Below are positions 56,317-64,000 of a stretch of DNA of 64,000 nucleotides, one piece after another. This DNA is from a bacterium. GTDB lineage: Bacteria; Electryoneota; Electryoneia; Electryoneales; Electryoneaceae. Under the pieces are notes generated by a model that saw only the letters and a list, made by a program, of their open reading frames with translations, ran no database searches and was not told the origin of the DNA. The stretch spans positions 960,001-1,024,000 of the forward strand of contig CAXXKJ010000002.1 in assembly GCA_963675295.2 (NCBI GenBank), read 5' to 3'. The first letter of the stretch is position 1. Each line of letters starts with the position of its first letter. The position numbers were made by a program, and so were the translations under genes.

Positions 56317-57501
56317 ATGCAGATCCAGGGCATTGACTCACTGCAACCCGGTGATATCCTCGGCAAGTCCCTGTTCAACTCCCGCGGCGACCTGTTGCTC
56401 GCGTCCGGCTATGAGCTTGATGACGACACCATCGCGTTGATGCGCAGTCGTGGCATCATGTATGTCCACGTCATGAACGAGCTTACGAAGGACATTCAAC
56501 CGCAGGAGCTGATCAGCGACACGGTTCGCCACATGGCGAGTAAGGAAGTCGGGGATGTGTTCAAGGCGGTTGCGGCGGTCGAGCCGGTCAAGGGTGATAG
56601 CGTTGGCGACATAAAGGAAGAGATCGAGAAGGGCAACAAATACAAGAACATGGTCAAGATGCCGTCGATGCGGCGTGTCGTCTCGACCATCCTGGAGGAA
56701 GTTCTCTCCAACGCGTCGGTGATGTTCAGCTCCATGCGCATGCGTGCGGAGGATGATGGCGCGGATTACGAGCATGCGGTCGACACGACGGTGCTGTGCA
56801 TCATGATGGGCCGCTCGTTTCACTACAGCCAGAGCGAACTGCGGCAGCTCGGTGTCGCCGCGATGCTACACGATATCGGCAAGGTGATTCTCGGCGATCT
56901 GCGGAACAAGAAACCGTACGAGCTGAACGCCGACGAACGCATGCTGCTGCGAGAGCACCCGATCTATTCCAGCGTGATTTTGCGCGAGAACGATGACGCT
57001 GCGTTTGTCGAGCAGACGGTGGTGATGCAGCATCACGAGCAGCTTGACGGGAACGGGTATCCCCGTGAGCTGAAAGCGAGTGGACTGCCTCCGACCAAGG
57101 CGAATCAGCGTGAAGGCGAAATCCACCGTTTCGCGCAGGTGCTTGCGGTCGCGAACATCTATGACAACCTGGTTACCGGTGTGATCGATGAGCGGGTTTA
57201 TACGCCGGAAGAAGCGGTGACGGCGATTCTGACCGGTCGCGTCGGATCGTGGAACTCGCATGTGGTCAAGGCGCTGGTTCGTTCGGTGCAATGTTATCCG
57301 GTCGGCATCCAGGTTCGGATCAAGAACAACCGCGCGAAGAAATTCATCGGCTTTCGCGGTGTCATTGCGAAAGAAAATCCGGATCAACAGACCAATCCCG
57401 CGATCATCCTCACCCACAATGGCAGCGACGGCGAGTTGAAACCGCCGAAGCTGATTGATTTCAAAGATGAGGAAGCGATGGAGCTCGAAATTGTGATGTA
57501 G
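56317..57501 (+). CDS. HD-GYP domain protein
   Basis: LQPGDILGKSL...LLASG N-terminus; MLHDIGK, HHEQLDGNGYP, YPVGIQV C-terminal extension. Confidence 0.9.
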   Translation: MQIQGIDSLQPGDILGKSLFNSRGDLLLASGYELDDDTIALMRSRGIMYVHVMNELTKDIQPQELISDTVRHMASKEVGDVFKAVAAVEPVKGDSVGDIKEEIEKGNKYKNMVKMPSMRRVVSTILEEVLSNASVMFSSMRMRAEDDGADYEHAVDTTVLCIMMGRSFHYSQSELRQLGVAAMLHDIGKVILGDLRNKKPYELNADERMLLREHPIYSSVILRENDDAAFVEQTVVMQHHEQLDGNGYPRELKASGLPPTKANQREGEIHRFAQVLAVANIYDNLVTGVIDERVYTPEEAVTAILTGRVGSWNSHVVKALVRSVQCYPVGIQVRIKNNRAKKFIGFRGVIAKENPDQQTNPAIILTHNGSDGELKPPKLIDFKDEEAMELEIVM

Positions 57502-57744
57502 CTGCATTCGCTTGCCGTTCCGCTCCTCGAGTCATTTCGCCACAGTTGTGCCAGCTTCCCAAGTTTATTGTTTACAAACCTTTCCGAAGCGTATTTCATG
57601 CGATCCCGCCCGGTCCAAAGTTTGTGTCTTTTTTCTCAGAACCGCTCCTTTTCGCGAACGCTGACAGGCCGATTCGCTATATTTCGGGACTATTGTCCCC
57701 GGCAAAGGCTGCGGGAGAACGGGTAAAACGTGAGGGGATCTGAG

Positions 57745-60700
57745 ATGAGGCGAACAGTTGTTACAGGTGTCGCCCTGTTGTTGGTCGTGTTGTGGCTGAC
57801 AAGTGGGCTGACAACGGTGCAGGCCGCTCCGAAGACATATCGGATCGACTTGCCGGTGCGCACGTTTACACCGGATGCCAATCAGCTCCAGTTTTTCCAG
57901 CAACGGGATGTCAGCCAGCCACAGGCCGTGCTGATTCAGTTCAATTCGCACCCGGATCAGGCTGCGAAGCGCTCGCTGAGCAGCAACGGCGTCCACCTGC
58001 AGCAGTACATCGGCGGCGGCGCGTGGGTTGCATGGCTGGAAGCGAATGTTGAATCGAACGCTCTGTCCAGTGCGGATGTCCGTTGGGCTGGCGAATACAT
58101 GCCGGAAGATCGTGTCGCGCCGCGTGTGACATCGCAGGAGATGCCGCAGTGGGCGGTTGCCGGTGATGAGATCCTGCTCGCCGTCCAGTTCGCGAAGCAG
58201 CTGGATGAAAGCTACGGCGAAGCGTTGCTGGCACAGCTTGGTGCGATTGCCGGTGACTATGTTTCGCCGCTGAACACATGGTACACACAGATTTCTCCGG
58301 ATCTGGTCGATGAATTGACGCAGGACCCGGGCGTGATGGCGGTTGACTACATCGCCCCGCCGATGGGTATGGTCAACGCCGGCGTTCGCGCCGCGATGCA
58401 TGTGGACGAAGTCAACAACCCGCCGTTTGACCTGCGCGGAAACGGGGTCACGGTGTGTGTTTATGATGGCGGCCTGGTCGACATCAGCCATCCGGACTTC
58501 GAGAATCGTGGTACGCAGGGTGAAACCGGTGGCATCTCGTCGCACCCGACACACGTCGCGGGTACTGTGCTCGGCAACGGCGCAGACCCGTACCGCGGCA
58601 TGGCGCCGGAAGCCACGCTGATCAGCTACGAATACGAATCCTGCAACCCGTACTGCCTGTACGACAGCCCACAGGACATCTTCGAAAACTACCAGGAAGC
58701 GCTGCAGGTTCATGGCGCGCACATCTTCACCAACTCGATCGGTTCGAACACGGCCTCGAACGGGTATGACTGCGACTGGGAAGGCGACTACGAGCTGACC
58801 AGCGCGCTGCTCGACAGCATCGTGCGCGGTGCGGTTGGTGAGCCGGTGATTGTCGGTTTCGCCGCGGGTAACGAGCGTGGCGCTGGGCGTTGCGGCACCA
58901 CCTACAGCACGCTCGGCGTGCCGGCTGGCGCGAAGAACGTGATCTCCGTGGGCGCGAGTGATGACAACGACAACATGTCGTCCTTCTCGTCCTGGGGTCC
59001 GTCAGATGACGGCCGCATCAAGCCGGATGTGTCGGCTCCTGGCGTGAGCGTTGTCTCGTGTAACTCGGGTGGTGGCTACACCACGATGAGCGGCACGAGC
59101 ATGGCAACGCCAGCTGTCGCGGGTGTCAATGCGCTGCTCGTCGAGCAGTGGGGCATTTCGGCGATGACGGAGTTCCCGAACCCACCGACGGTCAAGGCGA
59201 TTCTTTGCAACTCGGCCGAAGACCTGTTCAACCACGGTCCGGATTATCAGTTCGGCTATGGTCGTGTCGACGCGGTTCGCGCGGTTGAGACGATCCAGAA
59301 CTTCGGCTATCTCGAATCGTCCGTCGGTGACAACGGTCTGGTAACCCAGACGTTCACCGTTCCGGCGGGTCTTGATGTGTTGAAGGTGACGGCTGCGTGG
59401 GCAGATCCGCCGGCTTCGTACCTGGCAACGGTGACGTTGATCAACGACCTCGACCTGGTGTTGGTCGATCCGAGTGGTATTGAATACGATCCGTGGATTC
59501 TCGACTGGAACAACCCGTCGAGCCCGGCGACGACTGGCACCAACGTGCGCGACAACGTCGAGCAGGTTGAGGTGATGAATCCGGCGGCCGGACAGTGGAC
59601 GCTGCGGATTTCGGGTACGGACGTTCCGGTCGGCCCGCAGGACTTTTCCGTCGCCGCGAACGTGCCGCTGGCGGAAGGCGTGATGACGATTACGGGTACA
59701 GTGACGCGTCAGAACGGCGGCCAGGCGATTGCCGGCGCGACGGTGACGGTCATGGGTTCCGGTGCTGGCACGGTTACCGACGCGAACGGTGACTACTTCA
59801 TGTACCTGCCGGTTTCGGAGACGATCCAGCTGAAGGCCGAAGCCCCGGGCTTCTACTACCAGCATGCGTACATCATTCCCGAAGGTCAGGAATCCGAAGA
59901 CATCGACTTCCAGCTGATTACGCGTCCGCTTGGCCAGATCGCGGGTATCGTGCGTGACAGCAACGGCAGCCCGGTGGTTGGTGCGACGGTGACGGTGGAA
60001 GAGATTCCACTGCTGAACACGACAACGAACGCGCAGGGCCGGTTCCAGATGCTATTCCCGACCGGTGACGTGTTCACGGTGACCGCGACCGACGGTTCGG
60101 TGACCGGCCAGGTGGAAGCGTACACCAACCAGGGCCAGTCCGTGAATGTCTCGATCTTCCTGCTGGAAGACGGGGATAAAATCACCGGCCCGTCCGAGCA
60201 GGTGAATTACGTCGCGGTGCAGTCCACCGACAACCATGTCTTCTCGCCGACGTTCAACTGGCGTGCGATCGATCCGCTCGAAGGCGGCCAGGGTACGCGC
60301 GTGACGCTGACTGGTGAAGAAGATGCCGTCGTCATTGACCTGCCGTTCACCGTTGGCTACTACGGCAACGATTACACCCAGCTGACCGTCAACGAAAACG
60401 GGTTCTTCTGCTTCGGCGATGTGACCGGTGATGACGAACCGGCTGACTATTCGAACACGGAAATTCCGGGTTCGGACGGTCCGCCCGCAATGGTCGCCCC
60501 GTTCTGGGAAGACTTCCGCGCCGCGGAAACCAACCTGTCGTATTACCATGACGCGACGGCCGGTATTTTCATCGTGGAATGGTATGACAGCCGCCAGTGG
60601 CCGGATGACGGCACGCGGGAAACGTTCCAGGTCATCTTCAATGATCGCGACTTCCCGAACCCGCCGCCGTACCTGCCGCATGATGAAAATACCCGCATCC

Positions 60701-61659
60701 TGTTCCAGTATGCGGATGTGAACGACCTCGGCAACGCGACGGTCGGTATCGAGTCGCCGGACGAGGAAGCCGGCCTCGGCCTGCTGTATTTCGACGCGGA
60801 TGGCGATGGTTCGTACGCGGAGACGGTGTCGACGATTACCGATGGCACCGCGATCCTGTTCTACGTGCCGCGTGCGACGGTGCAGGGTGCGGTTGCGCTC
60901 GACGTGCCAAACCCGGACATTGACATCACGGTCAGCTCGCCGTACGGTGAGATCCCGGTCAACCAGGACGGAACGTACAGCATCACGGTGATGCCGGCGA
61001 CGTTTGAGCTGGTCTATTCCGCGCCGGGCTACGAAACGGTTGATCGCCGCTTCAAGCTGAACGAGTACCAGACGGTGACGCAGCCGCAGGTGATGCTGGC
61101 GAAGCTGTATCCGCCGCAGAACCTGGTCTATCAGGATAACGGTGGCTCGATTGCGCTCAGCTGGGATGCGCCGGTTGGTGGTGCGGTCGAAGACTTCATC
61201 GGCTACTACCGTGTCTATGAAGACGGTATCGAGCAGGCGCTGGTTCAGAACCAGACGGGCTGGACGGATGATTCCCCGGGTGCGGACCCGAACTACTGGG
61301 TGACCGCGATATACGCCGGTGGTGAATCCGACAGTTCCAACCACGCGATCCCAGGCATGCTCGCCGGAATAGACGAGATGAACCTGCTGCCGGAAGAATT
61401 CGCGATCAGCGAAGCCTATCCGAACCCGTTCAATCCGTCCACCAGTATCGAGATCGCGCTGCCTGAGGCGAGCCTGGTGCAGGTTGCGGTGTACGACATC
61501 CTCGGCCGTGAGGTTGTGCGCCTGGCGCAGGGTGAACGCTACAACGCCGGTTACCACCGTCTCACGTGGGATGCCGCCAAGCACGCATCCGGTGTCTACT
61601 TCCTGCAGGTGCAGGCTGGACCGGAGAAAGCCGTGCGCAAGCTTGTGCTGCTCAAGTAG
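57745..61659 (+). CDS. S8 (subtilisin-like) serine protease with carboxypeptidase-regulatory-like repeats, Fn3 and T9SS-type sorting domain
   Basis: Triad VYDGG / SHPTHVAGT / GTSMATP; FAAGNE; DGRIKPD; YPNPFNP...SGVYFL...RKLVLLK. Confidence 0.93.
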   Translation: MRRTVVTGVALLLVVLWLTSGLTTVQAAPKTYRIDLPVRTFTPDANQLQFFQQRDVSQPQAVLIQFNSHPDQAAKRSLSSNGVHLQQYIGGGAWVAWLEANVESNALSSADVRWAGEYMPEDRVAPRVTSQEMPQWAVAGDEILLAVQFAKQLDESYGEALLAQLGAIAGDYVSPLNTWYTQISPDLVDELTQDPGVMAVDYIAPPMGMVNAGVRAAMHVDEVNNPPFDLRGNGVTVCVYDGGLVDISHPDFENRGTQGETGGISSHPTHVAGTVLGNGADPYRGMAPEATLISYEYESCNPYCLYDSPQDIFENYQEALQVHGAHIFTNSIGSNTASNGYDCDWEGDYELTSALLDSIVRGAVGEPVIVGFAAGNERGAGRCGTTYSTLGVPAGAKNVISVGASDDNDNMSSFSSWGPSDDGRIKPDVSAPGVSVVSCNSGGGYTTMSGTSMATPAVAGVNALLVEQWGISAMTEFPNPPTVKAILCNSAEDLFNHGPDYQFGYGRVDAVRAVETIQNFGYLESSVGDNGLVTQTFTVPAGLDVLKVTAAWADPPASYLATVTLINDLDLVLVDPSGIEYDPWILDWNNPSSPATTGTNVRDNVEQVEVMNPAAGQWTLRISGTDVPVGPQDFSVAANVPLAEGVMTITGTVTRQNGGQAIAGATVTVMGSGAGTVTDANGDYFMYLPVSETIQLKAEAPGFYYQHAYIIPEGQESEDIDFQLITRPLGQIAGIVRDSNGSPVVGATVTVEEIPLLNTTTNAQGRFQMLFPTGDVFTVTATDGSVTGQVEAYTNQGQSVNVSIFLLEDGDKITGPSEQVNYVAVQSTDNHVFSPTFNWRAIDPLEGGQGTRVTLTGEEDAVVIDLPFTVGYYGNDYTQLTVNENGFFCFGDVTGDDEPADYSNTEIPGSDGPPAMVAPFWEDFRAAETNLSYYHDATAGIFIVEWYDSRQWPDDGTRETFQVIFNDRDFPNPPPYLPHDENTRILFQYADVNDLGNATVGIESPDEEAGLGLLYFDADGDGSYAETVSTITDGTAILFYVPRATVQGAVALDVPNPDIDITVSSPYGEIPVNQDGTYSITVMPATFELVYSAPGYETVDRRFKLNEYQTVTQPQVMLAKLYPPQNLVYQDNGGSIALSWDAPVGGAVEDFIGYYRVYEDGIEQALVQNQTGWTDDSPGADPNYWVTAIYAGGESDSSNHAIPGMLAGIDEMNLLPEEFAISEAYPNPFNPSTSIEIALPEASLVQVAVYDILGREVVRLAQGERYNAGYHRLTWDAAKHASGVYFLQVQAGPEKAVRKLVLLK

Positions 61660-61695
61660 TTACGCTGACGTTTGCGTCAGATTGTCACAAAACGG

Positions 61696-61733
61696 GACGC
61701 CACGGTTCAATGAATCGTGGCGTCTTTGCTTTT
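61696..61733 (+). terminator. Intrinsic terminator
   Basis: gacgccacggttca-a-tgaatcgtggcgtc followed by tttgctttt. Confidence 0.75.
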
Positions 61734-62024
61734 CACAGAGCCCCCTCGTTCTCCCCGTGAAATCGAGACTTTTGGGACTTTCCACATCTTTGGGGAGTCG
61801 AACAAATTGAAAAGTTGACCAACCCGGAAACGCTGGTAAGGATTGGTATTACCAATTCGTTCGCATCCAGTTCGGTTCCAATGCCATGCTTGATTCTGGC
61901 CTGCCTTTTGCCCCCACGGTATGCAGAAGAAATGTTGTTCTGCCCTGATACGGTTGCCTGCGATAGTGTTTGCACGGGTGTTTCGGATGGATTACTCACA
62001 ACCCACCACACAAACCATCGAGTC

Positions 62025-62223
62025 ACGGATGGATATCGCTCCGGAATCCGTACCACGTGAAGTCTTCCCGGCCTGGATTGCCGGGAAGATGCGGCTCGTT
62101 AGCTCGGCGGCGGCGAGCTTCACAACCGTTTGGTTGCACTTCATGTCCTGCGACTTCGGCAACAGCTCGGAAGCCGGGTTGGTCCGAATTCCGGTCACCT
62201 CCGAACAGGAGCGGTTCTACCGT
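62025..62223. ncRNA. Candidate structured RNA (nested helices ending in a four-way junction); family unknown
   Basis: Manual pairing only; see findings. Confidence 0.4.
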
Positions 62224-62268
62224 CACGGGTAAGCGTTACAACGACACGGAAAACATCCTAAGAAGGAA

Positions 62269-63300
62269 TTGAGTGAAGCTATGACTGGACCCGGTGGACG
62301 CAAACGTCGCGTGATTGTGGTCGGAGCCGGCATCTCGGGCTTAATGGCCGCGCGTCACCTTGCGGAAGGGGGGATTGATGTCATCGTGCTGGACAAAGCG
62401 TCCGGTGTCGGCGGCCGTATGGCCACTCGCCGTATCGGAGACCTGCGTTTTGATCACGGTGCGCAGTTTTTCTACACCACCCATCCCGTGTTCCACCGTT
62501 ATGTTCAGGAGTGGGCCGAACAAGGCGTGCTACAGCCGATCGCTGCTGACGCGTTGATGCCCAGCACCAACGGCCACATCAAGCTCGCTCCGGAAGCCTG
62601 GCACGGTGTCAACGGTATGACCGACGTGCCGAAACTGTTGGCGCAACATGTGGATGTCCGGCTCAAGGAACGCGTGATGCGTGTGGACGTACGCCCCGGG
62701 GGATGGCGTCTGTGGACCGAATCCGCCAACGTGTACGAAGCGGATGGTCTCATCCTCACCCTGCCCGCGCCGCAGAGTGTTCAGCTCTTGCAGTACGTCG
62801 CCAATGTGCCGAAGGACCTGATGGCACGCCTCAGCGAAATCCGCTACCAGCCGATTTACACCCTGCTGATGCAATTATCCGGTCCCAGCGGATTGAATGG
62901 CACAGGCATGCTGCGTCTCGACAACGAAAACGTCAGCTGGATCCTCGACAACACCCGGAAGCTGGGCCAGGAAGCCGAATCGGCGGTGACGGTTCAGGCG
63001 ACGCCGAAGTTCTCGCTGCAACAGGTTGAGAATGCGTCAGACGCTGTCCTGCAGCAGGTGATCAAGTCCATTCAGCCGCATTTGAAGTCGGAGCCGGTGT
63101 CGACCACGTTGCACCGATGGCGCTACGCGTGGCCATTGAATCCGCTCGACGAGCCGGTGACGGCAAACATGCCCGCGCCGCTAGCGTTGGCCGGGGACGC
63201 TTTCAGCGGTGAGAAAATGGCTGGTTTCATGGTCGAGGCTGCCGCGTTGTCAGGCCTGTCGGCGGCCGCCAACGTGTACGAGATGCTCGCCAGCTTGTAA
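62269..63300 (+). CDS. FAD-dependent oxidoreductase, renalase-like
   Basis: VVGAGISGL, DKASGVGGRMATRR, FDHGAQFF, HRWRYA, LAGD. Start could be ATG 62281. Confidence 0.92.
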   Translation: MSEAMTGPGGRKRRVIVVGAGISGLMAARHLAEGGIDVIVLDKASGVGGRMATRRIGDLRFDHGAQFFYTTHPVFHRYVQEWAEQGVLQPIAADALMPSTNGHIKLAPEAWHGVNGMTDVPKLLAQHVDVRLKERVMRVDVRPGGWRLWTESANVYEADGLILTLPAPQSVQLLQYVANVPKDLMARLSEIRYQPIYTLLMQLSGPSGLNGTGMLRLDNENVSWILDNTRKLGQEAESAVTVQATPKFSLQQVENASDAVLQQVIKSIQPHLKSEPVSTTLHRWRYAWPLNPLDEPVTANMPAPLALAGDAFSGEKMAGFMVEAAALSGLSAAANVYEMLASL

Positions 63301-63362
63301 CCGTCGGACCCTGTACTGTCATCTGGTGCAGATTCGTTCGTTCAATTCCCGTTGATTTTTCC

Positions 63363-63390
63363 AGCCCGCAGCCGCGGGCTTTTCTTTTTT
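63363..63390 (+). terminator. Intrinsic terminator
   Basis: agcccgc-agcc-gcgggct followed by a long T-run. Confidence 0.85.
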
Positions 63391-63904
63391 GCCTTCCTGG
63401 ATAGCTTGGACTGAATCCCCGATTTTCCGAAGTTGAGTCGCCTCTCCTTAATAGATAGAAAATCCCAAACCGTCCTCGCGTGAGCGAACCCCCTCAAACA
63501 CTCGTCGTACACCACTCAGAATTCGTCGTTTGGGATATTCGTTTTCTTCGACTCTTTTCGGACTCTTGGGAGAGAATGGATGAAAAAGAGGCGCTTGGCT
63601 CCGGGAGAACTCCGCTGTTTGGGATTATCGGTGTTAGGAAGATCTGAATAAACAAGTGCTTGCGATTAAAAACCCAAACATCCGCGATACACCGAAAACC
63701 CCAAAGAAAATTTGCTTTTGATAAAATTGAGCCGTATGTTTTATCAGAATCGCTGACGTACCAGCCCGGACGGTTGACCAAAATGCACCGGGTACTTTGA
63801 CAAGCACTTCGGATTTGTTGGAATCAAGTCGACCGAATCATCGACGGAAGTTAGAAACCAACCGTTCGAAGTCTTGGAGTTTTACGGAAAAGAGAGAGGG
63901 CACC

Positions 63905-64000
63905 ATGAAGACGAACCTGCGCACCTTTACCCTGATCATCACCCTGATCACCCTGTTTGTTTCGTCGGCGAGCGCTGACGATGCGATCCTGAACAATTTT
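63905..64000 (+). CDS. Secreted protein, 5' fragment (runs off window)
   Basis: GAGAGGG RBS; MKTNLRTFTLIITLITLFVSSASA|DD signal peptide; frame open to the window end. Confidence 0.7.
   Translation, partial: MKTNLRTFTLIITLITLFVSSASADDAILNNF

Overview
GC-rich bacterial window, probably from an FCB-group lineage. That is an inference from several secreted proteins carrying a YPNPFN...SGVY(F/Y)...KLVL C-terminal T9SS/FlgD-like sorting domain. Left part (1-22 kb): a MacAB/FtsX-type ABC exporter cluster (one periplasmic adaptor, two ATPases, four large permeases) with a sigma54-dependent NtrC-type regulator and histidine kinase. Three -24/-12 promoters and a shared TGT(A/C)CG-N4-CG(T/G)ACA operator can be read from the DNA, as can a candidate sigma54-driven sRNA or attenuator. 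Middle: a heme-porin + YceI + cytochrome c operon, iscS/iscU genes split by lipoprotein paralogs, and cmk-plsC-rpsA-mtaB-M20 peptidase. Right part: a minus-strand array of secreted proteins (alpha/beta hydrolase and three LVIVD-like repeat paralogs) whose spacers carry tandem copies of an unrecognised ~70-nt structured motif. It is followed by a GH63-like glycosidase, an HD-GYP protein, an S8 protease, a ~200-nt folded intergenic element and a renalase-like oxidoreductase. No rRNA, tRNA, CRISPR array or intact transposase was seen. All calls are by eye; no database searches were run.
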